From positions 13,302 to 77,301 of the forward strand of contig DASXVV010000013.1 in the NCBI GenBank assembly GCA_036504035.1: a stretch of DNA of 64,000 nt, in the 5' to 3' direction. Shown here in pieces: positions 33,813 through 48,606 of the stretch; position 1 is the stretch's first letter, and every line of letters starts with the position of its first letter. This DNA is from Candidatus Deferrimicrobiaceae bacterium. GTDB lineage: Bacteria; Desulfobacterota; Deferrimicrobia; Deferrimicrobiales; Deferrimicrobiaceae. A program made the translations under genes and the position numbers. Below the pieces are notes generated by a model, which worked only from the letters and a program-made list of their open reading frames with translations, did not search any database and was not told where the DNA came from.

Positions 33813-34669
33813 AGACTCGCATCCTCGTGACGGGCGCTCACGGGCTTCTCGGTTCGGAGATCGTTCCCGTGTTCGCGAACGAATTCGACGTGGTCCCGAT
33901 CGATCTCGCGCATTGCGACATCACAGTCGCGCCGGAGGTCGAAAAGGTCTTCCGGGATGTCCGGCCGGCCATTGCGATCCATTGCGCGGCCTACACGGCC
34001 GTCGATCGGGCAGAGCACGAACGCGAGAAGGCGTTCCTCGTCAACGAGCACGGCACCCGCAACGTGGCCGATGCGTGCGCACGCGCCGATTGCCTGCTCG
34101 TCACTTACAGCACGGATTACGTGTTCGACGGCCTCGCGGGGCGCGCTTATCGCGAGGACGATGCCACCCGGCCCCTGTCGGCCTACGGCGAGAGCAAGCT
34201 GGCGGCCGAGAAGGCCTGTGTCGAGTCGGGGGCGAATTTTCTCGCGATCCGCACGCAGTGGCTTTATGGCGCCCACGGGAAGAACTTCATCTTTGCCATC
34301 CTTGACCGTGCCGGGAAAGGGGAGCCGCTGCGGGTCGTGAACGACCAGACCGGCTGCCCGACCTGGGCGCGAGACCTGGCCGGGGCGACGCGCCACCTGA
34401 TCGATGCCGGCGCCAGAGGCATCGTCCATTTCTCCAATGCGGGGCAGACCACCTGGTTCGATTTCGCGCGGCTGATCGTCGGGGAGGGGATTCCCGGACC
34501 GGTCGAGATCAGTTCCGTGACGACCGCGAGCCTCTCGCTGGCCGCCTCACGCCCGACATTCTCACCGCTCGACAAGGGCCACTATCACGCCCTGACCGGA
34601 AGAACGCCCCGTCCGTGGGACGTGGCAGCGCGCGAATTCATCCGCGGTTGTCGATCCAACAAATCTTGA
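33809..34669 (+). CDS. rfbD: dTDP-4-dehydrorhamnose reductase
   Basis: MKTRILVTGAHGLLGS Rossmann start and STDYVFDG motif. ATGA overlap with lptD. Confidence 0.85.
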   Translation: MKTRILVTGAHGLLGSEIVPVFANEFDVVPIDLAHCDITVAPEVEKVFRDVRPAIAIHCAAYTAVDRAEHEREKAFLVNEHGTRNVADACARADCLLVTYSTDYVFDGLAGRAYREDDATRPLSAYGESKLAAEKACVESGANFLAIRTQWLYGAHGKNFIFAILDRAGKGEPLRVVNDQTGCPTWARDLAGATRHLIDAGARGIVHFSNAGQTTWFDFARLIVGEGIPGPVEISSVTTASLSLAASRPTFSPLDKGHYHALTGRTPRPWDVAAREFIRGCRSNKS

Positions 34670-34695
34670 GTTCGACCCACCCGAAGGAGGTCGTC

Positions 34696-35634
34696 ATGCG
34701 GATTCTGGTCACCGGCGGCGCCGGATTCATCGGCTCGCACGTCGCGGATGCTTATCTTGCCGAAGGGCACGACGTCATGGTGCTCGACAACCTTTCGACA
34801 GGGAAGCAGGAGAACGTGCCCGCCGGGGCGAAATTCGTCCTCGGCGACATCTGTTCGGATGTCGCCGAGGAGGCGATCCGGACATTCCGCCCCGAGATCC
34901 TCAACCACCACGCCGCACAGATGGACGTCCGTCGTTCCGTCGCCGATCCCATATTCGATGCCCAGGTGAACCTTCTGGGATTGCTCCGCCTCCTCGAGGC
35001 GTCGCGCCGATCCGGGGTGCGGAAGGTCGTCTTCGCTTCCTCGGGAGGGGCGGGGTACGGGGAGCAGGATTATTTCCCGGCGGACGAGAAGCATCCGATC
35101 CGCCCGGTCAGCCCCTACGGCGTCGCCAAGATGGCGACCGAAATGTATTTGCATTATTACCGGGTGCAATACGGGCTCGATTACACGGCGCTCCGGTACG
35201 CAAATGTCTACGGCCCCCGGCAGAATTCCCACGGGGAGGCGGGCGTCGTCGCGATCTTTGCGTTGCGGCTTCTCCAGGGGCAGCTCGCCGTCATCAACGG
35301 CGATGGCACGCAGACGCGCGATTTCGTCTACGTGAGAGACATCGTCCGCGCAAACCTGATCGCGCTCGAGAAAGGCAGCGGGCTCGGGATCAACATCGGG
35401 ACGGGGATCGAAACCGACATCAACGGGATCTTCCGGCAGCTTCGGGAACTGACCGGAAGCCGCCAGAAGGAGATCCACGGCGACGGCGCGGCTGGTGAGC
35501 AGCGGCGCTCGGTTCTCGAAAACAGGTTGGCGTTCGATGAGCTCGGATGGTATCCTGAAAAATCACTCGAAGAAGGGCTTGCAGAGACAGTGGCCTTCTT
35601 CCGCGACAAAAATCAAAACCCCGATCAGTGGTAG
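34696..35634 (+). CDS. NAD-dependent sugar-nucleotide epimerase/dehydratase (GalE-like)
   Basis: [15 protein letters not shown] and the YGVAK catalytic motif (SPYGVAK). GAAGGAGG RBS. Confidence 0.85.
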   Translation: MRILVTGGAGFIGSHVADAYLAEGHDVMVLDNLSTGKQENVPAGAKFVLGDICSDVAEEAIRTFRPEILNHHAAQMDVRRSVADPIFDAQVNLLGLLRLLEASRRSGVRKVVFASSGGAGYGEQDYFPADEKHPIRPVSPYGVAKMATEMYLHYYRVQYGLDYTALRYANVYGPRQNSHGEAGVVAIFALRLLQGQLAVINGDGTQTRDFVYVRDIVRANLIALEKGSGLGINIGTGIETDINGIFRQLRELTGSRQKEIHGDGAAGEQRRSVLENRLAFDELGWYPEKSLEEGLAETVAFFRDKNQNPDQW

Positions 35635-35636
35635 GC

Positions 35637-37436
35637 ATGCGCATAGAGAACATCCGCAATTTTTCCATCATCGCCCATATCGACCACGGGAAATCCACGC
35701 TCGCCGACAGGCTGCTCGAGATCACGGGTACGCTGACCGATCGCGAAAAGGTCGACCAGTTCCTCGACAAAATGGACATCGAGCGCGAGCGGGGCATCAC
35801 GATCAAGGCGCAGACCGTCCGCATGTCCTACAAGGCGAAGGACGGGAAGAGCTACATCCTCAACCTGATCGATACTCCCGGACACGTCGACTTCTCCTAC
35901 GAAGTATCCCGCAGCCTTTCCGCGTGCGAAGGGGCGGTGCTCGTCGTCGACGCATCCCAGGGGGTCGAAGCGCAGACGCTGGCCAACGTCTACATGGCTC
36001 TCGATCTCAACCTCGAGATCATCCCGGTCCTCAACAAGATCGATCTGCCAAATGCCGAACCCGACCGCGTCAAGAAAGAGGTCGAGGATGTGATCGGCCT
36101 CGACACCAGCGAGATGATTGCGGCCAGCGCCAAGAAGGGCACGGGCGTTCCCGAGATTCTCGAGGAAATCGTCAAGAAGATCCCTCCGCCGATCGGTGAT
36201 CCCGCGGCTCCCACGAAAGCGCTGATCATCGACTCGTGGTTCGATAACTACGCCGGCGTCGTCATCCTCGTCCGGATGATCGACGGCTCGCTGACGCCGG
36301 GTCAAAAAATCCTCTCGATGCAGACCGGCAACATCAACGAGGTCCAGAAAGTGGGCGTCTTCTGCCCGCATCCGGCCGAAGTCGCCTCGCTGGGCCCCGG
36401 CGAGGTCGGCTTCCTGATCGCCAACATCAAGGAACTTCGCGAGACGAAGGTCGGCGACACCATCACCGATGCCCGGCGTCCCGCGACTGTTGCCATGCAC
36501 GGATTCAAGGAAGTCCGCCCGATGGTGTTCGCGGGCGTTTACCCCATCTCCTCCGAGAATTATCCGCAGCTCCGCACCGCGATCGAAAAGCTTCAGCTCA
36601 ACGACGCATCGCTTACTGCCGAGCCCGAGACCTCGGTCGCGCTGGGCTTCGGCTTCCGCTGCGGTTTTCTCGGTCTGCTCCACATGGAGATCGTGCAGGA
36701 ACGGCTCGAGCGCGAATATGGCGTCGAACTCATCACGACGGCGCCGACCGTCGGGTATCACGCAATCCTGCGGGACGGCTCGGTCCAGGAAGTCGACAGC
36801 CCGGCCCGGCTCCCCGACCCGATCGCCCTCGATCACATCGAAGAGCCGTTCATCCTCGCCACCATCCACATGCCCTCCGAATATCTCGGGAGCGTGCTCA
36901 AGCTTTGCGAAGATCGGCGCGGCATCCAGCGGCAGCTCAAGTTCGCTTCCCCGACGCGCGTCATCCTCGAGTACGAGCTGCCGCTCAACGAAGTCGTCCT
37001 CGATTTCTACGACCGCCTCAAGACCGCTTCGCGCGGCTATGCCTCGATGGACTACGAGCTGATCGATTTTCGCCGGTCCGATCTCGTCAGGCTCGACCTG
37101 CTCCTCAATAACGAGCAGGTCGACGCATTGTCGCTGATCGTCCATCGCGACGCGGCCTACGTCAAGGGGCGCGACGTCGCCGAGCGACTGCGCGCACTTA
37201 TCCCGCGGCAGATGTTCGAGGTCATCATCCAGGCGACCATCGGTTCCAAGGTTATCGCCCGCGAGACCGTCAAGGCCATCCGGAAAAATGTCCTCGCCAA
37301 GTGCTACGGCGGCGACATCACGCGAAAGCGCAAGCTGCTCGAGAAGCAGAAAGAGGGGAAGAAGCGGATGAAGCAGGTCGGGTCCGTCGAAATACCGCAG
37401 GAAGCCTTCCTCTCCATCCTAAAGGTCAAGGACTGA
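35637..37436 (+). CDS. lepA: Elongation factor 4
   Basis: [30 protein letters not shown]. The C-terminal LepA-specific domain ends in ...[10 protein letters not shown]. Confidence 0.96.
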   Translation: MRIENIRNFSIIAHIDHGKSTLADRLLEITGTLTDREKVDQFLDKMDIERERGITIKAQTVRMSYKAKDGKSYILNLIDTPGHVDFSYEVSRSLSACEGAVLVVDASQGVEAQTLANVYMALDLNLEIIPVLNKIDLPNAEPDRVKKEVEDVIGLDTSEMIAASAKKGTGVPEILEEIVKKIPPPIGDPAAPTKALIIDSWFDNYAGVVILVRMIDGSLTPGQKILSMQTGNINEVQKVGVFCPHPAEVASLGPGEVGFLIANIKELRETKVGDTITDARRPATVAMHGFKEVRPMVFAGVYPISSENYPQLRTAIEKLQLNDASLTAEPETSVALGFGFRCGFLGLLHMEIVQERLEREYGVELITTAPTVGYHAILRDGSVQEVDSPARLPDPIALDHIEEPFILATIHMPSEYLGSVLKLCEDRRGIQRQLKFASPTRVILEYELPLNEVVLDFYDRLKTASRGYASMDYELIDFRRSDLVRLDLLLNNEQVDALSLIVHRDAAYVKGRDVAERLRALIPRQMFEVIIQATIGSKVIARETVKAIRKNVLAKCYGGDITRKRKLLEKQKEGKKRMKQVGSVEIPQEAFLSILKVKD

Positions 37437-37443
37437 TAAGCCG

Positions 37444-38133
37444 ATGAAAACGAGCTCCCCCGATAGCATCTTCCCCGGAACGATCCGCACGGGCTCCCCA
37501 AAAGGCAAGGTCCGCGAATACGTCGAAGCCTTTGCCGTCGCGCTCGTCATCGCGCTGATCGTCCGGACGCTCCTGTTGCAGGCGTTCCGGATCCCTTCGA
37601 GCTCGATGGAGAACACGCTCCTCATCGGCGACCACATCTTCGTCAACAAATTCCTCTACGGCTATCACATCCCCTTTACCAAGGGGCGCGTGATGGAGTT
37701 CAGCCATCCAAAGCGGGGAGACATCGTCGTGTTCGTCTTCCCCGAGGACAAGAGCAAGGACTTCATCAAGCGCGTCGTCGGGACGCCGGGCGACACGGTC
37801 GAAGTGCGAGACAAGAACGTCTACGTCAACGGGCAGGCGCAGGTCGAGCCCTACACCTGTTATGCCGACGGGAAATCGATCGACACCATCGCGCCCCAAC
37901 GCGACAACATGGCTCTGATCACCGTTCCGCCGGGAAAATATTTCATGATGGGCGACAACCGCGATCGTTCTTACGACTCGCGCTTCTGGGGATTCGTCGA
38001 GGAGGACGCGCTCATCGGGAAGGCGCTTTTCATTTATTTCTCGATCGACCTGTCGGCACTGCCGCACTGGTACGAGGTGTGGAACTACCCTTCGGTCATC
38101 CGCTGGAACCGGATCGGACACCTTCTGCATTGA
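37444..38133 (+). CDS. lepB: Signal peptidase I
   Basis: Catalytic Ser in PSSSMENTL, Lys in IKRVVG, plus GDNRDRSYDSR. lepA-lepB order. Confidence 0.93.
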   Translation: MKTSSPDSIFPGTIRTGSPKGKVREYVEAFAVALVIALIVRTLLLQAFRIPSSSMENTLLIGDHIFVNKFLYGYHIPFTKGRVMEFSHPKRGDIVVFVFPEDKSKDFIKRVVGTPGDTVEVRDKNVYVNGQAQVEPYTCYADGKSIDTIAPQRDNMALITVPPGKYFMMGDNRDRSYDSRFWGFVEEDALIGKALFIYFSIDLSALPHWYEVWNYPSVIRWNRIGHLLH

Positions 38134-38141
38134 CGATTTGA

Positions 38142-38891
<750 letters not shown>

Positions 38892-38896
38892 TCGCG

Positions 38897-39829
38897 ATGG
38901 AATGGAAACGGAAGCACGTACTGGGGCTTTCCGATTTCAGCCCCGAAGAGATGGAATTCGTCGTCGACACCGCGAGATCCATGGAAGAGGTGCTGACCCG
39001 CGACATCAAGAAGGTACCCGCGCTTCGCGGCAAGACCGTGGTCAATCTGTTCTTCGAGGCAAGCACCCGCACCCGCACCTCTTTCGAGATCGCCGGAAAG
39101 CGTCTTTCCGCCGACGTGGTCAATTTTACCTCGTCGTCGTCCAGCACGACCAAAGGGGAGACGCTGCTCGATACTGCGCGGAACATCGAGGCGATGAAGC
39201 CCAGCGTTTTGGTCGTCCGCCACTCGGCCTCGGGCGCGGCGCAGTTCCTTTCGAGGAACGTCTCATGCTCGGTCGTCAACGCGGGGGACGGCGCCAACGA
39301 ACATCCCTCACAAGGGCTGCTCGACCTCTACACGATCCTCAAGGCCAAGGGGAAGATCGCAGGGCTCAAGATCGCGATCGTGGGCGACATCCTCCACAGC
39401 CGCGTGGTGGGATCCGACCTCCACTCACTCGGGCGGATGGGAGCCGACCTGTGGCTCTGCGGTCCCGCGACCATGGTCCCCCGATCGCTCGAGAAAACGG
39501 GGGCGCACGTCACCTGGAACATGCGCGAGGCGGTCAAGGATGCCGACGTCGTCATCATGTTGCGCATCCAGCTCGAACGCCAGAAAAGTCCCTGGTTCCC
39601 GTCGTTGAGAGAATATTCCCGCAACTTCGGGCTCAACCGGGCCATCTTTTCCCTGGCGAAGGACGACGCGATCATCATGCATCCGGGGCCCATTAACCGC
39701 GGGGTCGAGTTGACCGATGAGCTGGCCGACTGCCCGCAGTCCTCGGTACTCGACCAGGTGGCTTCCGGCGTGGCCGTCCGGATGGCGCTTCTTTATCTTC
39801 TGGCCGGAGGAAGCCATGCTGCTCATTAA
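38897..39829 (+). CDS. pyrB: Aspartate carbamoyltransferase catalytic subunit
   Basis: ASTRTR, HPSQ (NEHPSQGLLD), HPGP motifs. Confidence 0.94.
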   Translation: MEWKRKHVLGLSDFSPEEMEFVVDTARSMEEVLTRDIKKVPALRGKTVVNLFFEASTRTRTSFEIAGKRLSADVVNFTSSSSSTTKGETLLDTARNIEAMKPSVLVVRHSASGAAQFLSRNVSCSVVNAGDGANEHPSQGLLDLYTILKAKGKIAGLKIAIVGDILHSRVVGSDLHSLGRMGADLWLCGPATMVPRSLEKTGAHVTWNMREAVKDADVVIMLRIQLERQKSPWFPSLREYSRNFGLNRAIFSLAKDDAIIMHPGPINRGVELTDELADCPQSSVLDQVASGVAVRMALLYLLAGGSHAAH

Positions 39830-41120
39830 AGGGGGGCGGGTCATCGATCCCGCGAACGGCCGCGACGAGATCGGCAGCATCCTGGTCGACGGCGGATCCG
39901 TTTCCGCCTTCTATCCCGCGGGCACCGAGCCGTCGAAATTTGACGGGCGGGTTGTCGACGCCGCGGGGAAATGGATCGTCCCCGGCCTCGTCGACATGCA
40001 CGTCCACCTGCGCGACCCGGGATTCGAGTGGAAAGAGGACATCCGCACCGGTACAGCCGCCGCGATCGCCGGAGGCTTCACTTCGGTCGCCTGCATGGCC
40101 AACACCAGCCCGGTCAACGACCACCCCGAGGTGACCCGGAGCATCCTCGATCGGGCGTGCGAAAGCGGGTCGGCCGATGTTTTCCCCGTTGCGGCGGTCA
40201 CGCACGGCCTCGAAGGCAAGGAGATGGTCAATTTCTCCGAGCTGGCCGAGGCGGGTGCCGTGGCCTTTTCCGACGACGGCAGGCCGGTCGAGAATGCGCT
40301 CATGATGCGCCGCGCGCTCGAATACGCCAAGGGATTCGACTACCTGATCCTGTCCCACAGCGAAGACAAGTCGCTCTGCGAGAACGGCGCCGCCAACGAG
40401 GGCGACATGGCGCTGCGGCTCGGGCTGCCCGGCATTCCGGCCGAGGCCGAGGAGGTCGCCATCGCGCGCGACATCCTGCTGTCCAAGCTTACCGGGGCTC
40501 GGCTGCACATCCAGCACATCAGCACCAAGACCGGCGTCTGGCTCCTCCGGATGGCCAAGAATCAGGGGCTGCGCGTGACGGGTGAGAGCGCGCCGCACTA
40601 CTTCACGTTGACCGACGCGGCCATCGACGGCTACAACACCGATGCCAAGATGAATCCCCCCCTTCGGGGCGAAGAAGACCGCCTGGCCATCGTCGAGGGG
40701 CTCGCCGACGGCACGATCGACGCCATCGCGACCGACCATGCCCCGCACGACGCATACGTCAAGCGGTGCCAGTTCATCGAAGCCGCCAACGGCATCATCG
40801 GGCTCCAGACGGCGCTCCCGCTCTCGCTGGCGCTGGTGCGCGACGGGAAGCTGTCGCCGTCGCAGCTTGTGGGGCTCCTGAGCGCCAATCCCGCCGCTAT
40901 TCTTCGTCTCGACGGGAAGGGCACGCTTTCCGAGGGGGCCGACGCCGACGTGACGCTGGTCGATCCGGAGGCCGAGTGGGAATTTACGGCGGAAGAGATT
41001 CTTTCGAAGTCGAAGAACAGCCCGTTCCTGGGCTGGAGGCTCAAGGGGCGCGCGGCGCTGGTGGTCAGGGCCGGGCGCGTCGCATATTCGAACATGACGG
41101 GGGTTTCGGTTGATGTCTGA
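39816..41120 (+). CDS. pyrC: Dihydroorotase
   Basis: [12 protein letters not shown] start, [10 protein letters not shown] and ATDHAPH metal ligands. Confidence 0.92.
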   Translation: MLLIKGGRVIDPANGRDEIGSILVDGGSVSAFYPAGTEPSKFDGRVVDAAGKWIVPGLVDMHVHLRDPGFEWKEDIRTGTAAAIAGGFTSVACMANTSPVNDHPEVTRSILDRACESGSADVFPVAAVTHGLEGKEMVNFSELAEAGAVAFSDDGRPVENALMMRRALEYAKGFDYLILSHSEDKSLCENGAANEGDMALRLGLPGIPAEAEEVAIARDILLSKLTGARLHIQHISTKTGVWLLRMAKNQGLRVTGESAPHYFTLTDAAIDGYNTDAKMNPPLRGEEDRLAIVEGLADGTIDAIATDHAPHDAYVKRCQFIEAANGIIGLQTALPLSLALVRDGKLSPSQLVGLLSANPAAILRLDGKGTLSEGADADVTLVDPEAEWEFTAEEILSKSKNSPFLGWRLKGRAALVVRAGRVAYSNMTGVSVDV

Positions 41121-42261
41121 ACGCAAGGCGATTCTGGCTCTGGCCGACGGCACGGTGTTCCGCGGCACGGGCTTCGGATATGAAGGCATGGCCGGGGGCG
41201 AGGTGGTCTTCAACACCGCGATGTCGGGCTACCAGGAAGTGCTGACCGATCCGTCCTATAAAGGGCAGATGGTCACGATGACCTATCCCGAGATCGGCAA
41301 CACGGGGATCAATCCCGATGACGTCGAATCCACGCGGCCCTGGATCGAGGGATTCATCGTCCGGGAAGCGTGGGGGACTCCCTCCAGCTGGCGGCACGTC
41401 GAATCACTCGACGGCTACCTGCGCCGTTACCATGTCTGCGGGATCTCTGGGATCGACACGCGCATGCTGACGCGTTTGCTCCGCGACAAGGGATCGCAGA
41501 TGGCGGTCATCTCGATGACCGATCTCGACGAGGCCCGGATGGTCGCGAAGGCGCAGTCGCTGCCCTCCATCGTGGGGCGCGACCTGGTGAGCGAAGTGTC
41601 CACCGATGTCGAGCACCACTGGCAGATCGGCGACTGGGAGCTCGACAAGGGATACCTGCCGGCCTCGGTCTATCACGCCCGATTCGGCCGCGTGCCCAAG
41701 ATCGTCGCGATCGACTGCGGCATCAAGCAGAACATCCTCCGGATGCTCGTGACGCACGGGTTCGACGTCACCGTGGTTCCCGCCTCGACCTCCGCCGAAT
41801 CGATCCTTTCCCGCAATTTCGATGGCGTTTTCCTGTCCAACGGGCCCGGCGATCCCGAAGGGGTGCCGGCCACGGTCGAGACCGTCCGCAGGCTGGTGGG
41901 CAAGCTGCCGATGTTCGGAATCTGCCTCGGCCACCAGATCATGGGACTCGCGCTCGGCGCCCGCACCTACAAACTCAAGTTCGGCCATCACGGCAGCAAC
42001 CAGCCGGTCAAGGACCTGGCCACGGGCAAGGTCGAGATCACGAGCCAGAACCACAACTTCGCGGTAGACGCGGCCTCGCTGGGCGATCGCGCCAAGGTCA
42101 CGCACCTCAACCTCAACGACCAGACGGTCGAAGGGTTCTCGGTCCCTTCGATGCGCTGCTTCTCGGTGCAGTATCATCCGGAAGCGTCTCCCGGGCCGCA
42201 CGATTCGCGCTACCTGTTCGACCGCTTCTACCGGTTCCTGCTGGGCGAGGGAACGATCTGA
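41113..42261 (+). CDS. carA: Carbamoyl-phosphate synthase small subunit
   Basis: The N-terminus aligns with the CarA start ([13 protein letters not shown]). Amidotransferase GICLGHQ. Confidence 0.94.
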   Translation: MSERKAILALADGTVFRGTGFGYEGMAGGEVVFNTAMSGYQEVLTDPSYKGQMVTMTYPEIGNTGINPDDVESTRPWIEGFIVREAWGTPSSWRHVESLDGYLRRYHVCGISGIDTRMLTRLLRDKGSQMAVISMTDLDEARMVAKAQSLPSIVGRDLVSEVSTDVEHHWQIGDWELDKGYLPASVYHARFGRVPKIVAIDCGIKQNILRMLVTHGFDVTVVPASTSAESILSRNFDGVFLSNGPGDPEGVPATVETVRRLVGKLPMFGICLGHQIMGLALGARTYKLKFGHHGSNQPVKDLATGKVEITSQNHNFAVDAASLGDRAKVTHLNLNDQTVEGFSVPSMRCFSVQYHPEASPGPHDSRYLFDRFYRFLLGEGTI

Positions 42262-42289
42262 CGGAGCAGTGCTGCAAGTGTTGACGGCG

Positions 42290-43168
42290 ATGGAACTTTG
42301 GGAACGGCACCGCCGCGCAAGGTTGTCGTATTCGGCGTGCGACCTTTGTCCCCGCGAATGCGGGGTCGACCGCACCCAAGGCGCGGAAGGTTTCTGCCGG
42401 CAGGGCGCGCTGGCGAAGGTCGCCGCGGTTTCGATCCATCACGGCGAGGAGCCTCCGATCTCCGGACGCGGCGGGTCGGGAACGGTCTTTTACAGCGGCT
42501 GCAACATGGGCTGCCTCTTTTGCCAGAACTTTCCGATCAGCCAACTCGGCGCCGGGCGGGAGACGACGGTGGGAGAGCTCGGCGACCGTCTTTTGGGACT
42601 TCAGCGGAAAGGGGCGCACAACGTCAACTTCGTGACCCCGACGCCCCATGTGCCGCACCTGATCGGCGCCGTGGCGCATGCGCGCGACAACGGATTCGGG
42701 CTGCCGGTGGTCTACAACACCAACGGCTACGATTCGCTCAGAGGGCTGGCGCTGCTCGACGGGGTAGTCGACATCTACCTGCCCGATGTCAAGTACCGGT
42801 CAGAAGCGCTGGCCGCAGAGGCGTCAGGCACCGGCGATTACGCGGTCCACAACGAGGCGGCCGTCCGTGAGATGGTTCGCCAGGTGGGGATGCTCGAAAC
42901 CGGGCCCGAAGGCATCGCGACCCGCGGGGTGCTCATCCGTCACCTCGTCCTGCCGGGCCGGATCGAGGAAACCGAATCGGTGCTCGCGTTCATTCGCGAG
43001 GCGTTCGGTCCCGATATGCCGCTGTCGCTGATGGGACAATATTTCCCGGCCTGGAAGGCGCACGAGCGCGCCGGCTACAACCGGAAGCTGACCGAAGCGG
43101 AATACGAACAGGCCGTCGGCTTCGCCGAACGGCTCGAAATGATCAACGTCTTCATACAGGAGCTCTAG
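42290..43168 (+). CDS. Radical SAM protein, PflX-like (PFL-activase homolog of unknown function)
   Basis: CX3CX2C cluster motif (CNMGCLFC) plus an N-terminal CDLCPRECGVDR Cys motif. Start uncertain (GTG 42269 or ATG 42290). Confidence 0.75.
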   Translation: MELWERHRRARLSYSACDLCPRECGVDRTQGAEGFCRQGALAKVAAVSIHHGEEPPISGRGGSGTVFYSGCNMGCLFCQNFPISQLGAGRETTVGELGDRLLGLQRKGAHNVNFVTPTPHVPHLIGAVAHARDNGFGLPVVYNTNGYDSLRGLALLDGVVDIYLPDVKYRSEALAAEASGTGDYAVHNEAAVREMVRQVGMLETGPEGIATRGVLIRHLVLPGRIEETESVLAFIREAFGPDMPLSLMGQYFPAWKAHERAGYNRKLTEAEYEQAVGFAERLEMINVFIQEL

Positions 43169-46420
<3,252 letters not shown>

Positions 46421-46428
46421 TCGCGGCC

Positions 46429-48513
46429 ATGGACTCCCCTTCGATACAGTTCATCAAGGGGGTCGGGCCGAAGATCGCCGAGCGCCTGGCGGAACGGGGG
46501 ATCGCCTCCGTCCGCGAGGCGCTCTTCTTTTTTCCGAGATCCTACGAGGATCGTCGCCGTGTCGTGCCCCTCTTTTCCCTGTCGGCCGGCATGTCCGCCT
46601 GTGTGAAGGGCCGCGTCGTCGACGTGCGGGGCGGCAAGGGCGGGTTCGGACGGAACCGTGTGCTCGACGTCATGATCGCCGACGGAACGGGTCGCCTGTC
46701 GCTCAAGTGGTTCCGCTACAATCCCGCGCTCGTCGACCGGTTTCCGATCGGCGCCGAGCTGCTCCTGTGCGGAACCGTTCGTGCATTCGCCGCGCACATC
46801 GAGATGCACCATCCCGAGATCCTGGGGCACGACGTCACGGCCGATCCGTTCGGGTTCGGCCGGATCGTTCCTGTATATCCAGAGATCGACGGGGTTCCCG
46901 TCCGGCTGCTCCGGAAAATCATGTGGGAAATCGTCCAGCATCACGCGAAGGATGTGCGGGAATTCTTCCCCCGGTGGATCCTCGACGAGGCCGGCGTGCC
47001 CTCCATCCAGGAATCGGTCGCCACGCTGCACTTTCCGCCCGCCGAAGCCGATATCGGTCAACTCCTGTCCTTTTCCTCCCCCGCTCAGCAGCGCCTCGTC
47101 TTTGGCGAACTCTTCTTCATCCAGTGGGTCATGGCGCGTCGCCGGTCCGGCCTGGCGCGCGAGAACGCCCCGCCGCTCCCGTGGGATCGCGAGATCGTCT
47201 CCGAGATCAAGCGTCGGCTTCCCTTCGAGCTGACCAACGCCCAGCGCCGCGTGGTCAACGAGATCCTGAAGGACATGACGCAAGCGCACCCGATGCATCG
47301 GCTGCTCCAGGGCGACGTCGGCAGCGGGAAAACGATCGTCGCGTGGATCGCCGCGATGGTCGCCTGGAAGAACGGGGCCCAAGCCGCGCTGATGGCCCCG
47401 ACCGAGATCCTGGCCGAGCAGCATTACCAGCGCTTCGTCCAGCTCTGCGAGGGGCTGCCTCTCGAAATCGTGCTGCTGACCTCCTCGGTCTCGGGAAAGG
47501 CACGCGAACGTGCCAGGGCGGCGATCCGGGAAGGGCGGGCGAACATCGTGGTGGGGACGCACGCCATCATCCAGGAGGGCGTCGACTTCCAGAATCTCGC
47601 GCTGGGGATCATCGACGAGCAGCATCGATTCGGGGTGATGCAGCGGGCGGCGTTGCGCGGGAAGGCCGTCGCGTCCCCCCACCTTCTGGTGATGACGGCG
47701 ACTCCGATTCCGCGAACGCTCGCGATGACGCTGTATGGGGACCTCGACGTTTCCGTCATCGACGAGATGCCGCCGGGACGTACGCCGATCCGGACTCGCG
47801 TGCTCGCCGAGTCCGAGCGGCGGATCGCGTGGGACGCCGTGCGGCGGGAGATCGATGAAGGAGGCCGCATTTACGTCGTCCTTCCGCTGGTGGAGGAATC
47901 CGAAAAAATGGCGTTGCGCGACGCGGTCAAGACCGCCGAGTCGGTTCGCGTCGCTTTTCCCGCGATCGGGGTCGGGCTTCTGCACGGACGAATGAAGCCG
48001 GACGAGAAAGAGGCCGTCATGCGGAGGTTCAAGCAGGGGGACGATCGCATCCTCGTCTCGACCACGGTGGTCGAGGTCGGCGTCGACGTCCCCGAGGCCA
48101 CGATGATGATCGTCGAGCATGCCGACCGGTTCGGGCTGTCGCAGCTTCACCAGTTGCGCGGGCGCGTCGGCCGCGGACAAAAGGCGTCGTCTTGCTACCT
48201 GATGGTTTCCGAAGGAGGCGGTGGCGCCGACACCCGTGCGCGTCTTTCGGTGATGGAAAAGACGCAGGACGGCTTCCGGATCGCCGAGGAAGACCTCAAG
48301 ATCCGAGGCCCCGGCGATTTCTCGGGGATCCGTCAGTCGGGCATCCCCGACCTCGTCTTCTCCGACATCGTGCGTGATGCCAGGATGCTGATCCGCTCCC
48401 GGGAGATCGCAGCGAAGGTCGCCGAACGCGATCCAGGGCTGGACGACCCGTCCCATTCCTCCCTACGGGCCTGGATCGCCGGGAAGGAAGCGGCGCAATC
48501 GCCGACGGATTGA
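46429..48513 (+). CDS. recG: ATP-dependent DNA helicase RecG
   Basis: Wedge domain plus helicase motifs GDVGSGKT, DEQHRFG and QLHQLRGRVGRG. Confidence 0.93.
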   Translation: MDSPSIQFIKGVGPKIAERLAERGIASVREALFFFPRSYEDRRRVVPLFSLSAGMSACVKGRVVDVRGGKGGFGRNRVLDVMIADGTGRLSLKWFRYNPALVDRFPIGAELLLCGTVRAFAAHIEMHHPEILGHDVTADPFGFGRIVPVYPEIDGVPVRLLRKIMWEIVQHHAKDVREFFPRWILDEAGVPSIQESVATLHFPPAEADIGQLLSFSSPAQQRLVFGELFFIQWVMARRRSGLARENAPPLPWDREIVSEIKRRLPFELTNAQRRVVNEILKDMTQAHPMHRLLQGDVGSGKTIVAWIAAMVAWKNGAQAALMAPTEILAEQHYQRFVQLCEGLPLEIVLLTSSVSGKARERARAAIREGRANIVVGTHAIIQEGVDFQNLALGIIDEQHRFGVMQRAALRGKAVASPHLLVMTATPIPRTLAMTLYGDLDVSVIDEMPPGRTPIRTRVLAESERRIAWDAVRREIDEGGRIYVVLPLVEESEKMALRDAVKTAESVRVAFPAIGVGLLHGRMKPDEKEAVMRRFKQGDDRILVSTTVVEVGVDVPEATMMIVEHADRFGLSQLHQLRGRVGRGQKASSCYLMVSEGGGGADTRARLSVMEKTQDGFRIAEEDLKIRGPGDFSGIRQSGIPDLVFSDIVRDARMLIRSREIAAKVAERDPGLDDPSHSSLRAWIAGKEAAQSPTD

Positions 48514-48538
48514 CGGGTCGTCGCATTCCCCTCTGAAA

Positions 48539-48567
48539 TTGACGGATCAGCCGAGAGACATTAGGAT
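48539..48567 (+). promoter_or_regulatory. Candidate promoter for hom-thrC
   Basis: TTGACG (48539-48544), 17-nt spacer, TAGGAT (48562-48567), in the 93-nt gap before hom. Confidence 0.35.
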
Positions 48568-48606
48568 AAATCTCTTACCCAATCGAAAAAACGAGAAGGA
48601 ATCATC

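Noticed and set aside
35625-37145. 506-aa minus-strand ORF antisense to lepA. Similar long antisense ORFs occur at 19015-20148, 39693-41216, 42824-44674, 44747-46411, 46303-48456 and 50407-52296.
   Set aside because: Each mirrors a strongly supported housekeeping gene (argS, pyrC, carB, recG, thrC/apgM). None has a recognisable domain, RBS context or independent gap.
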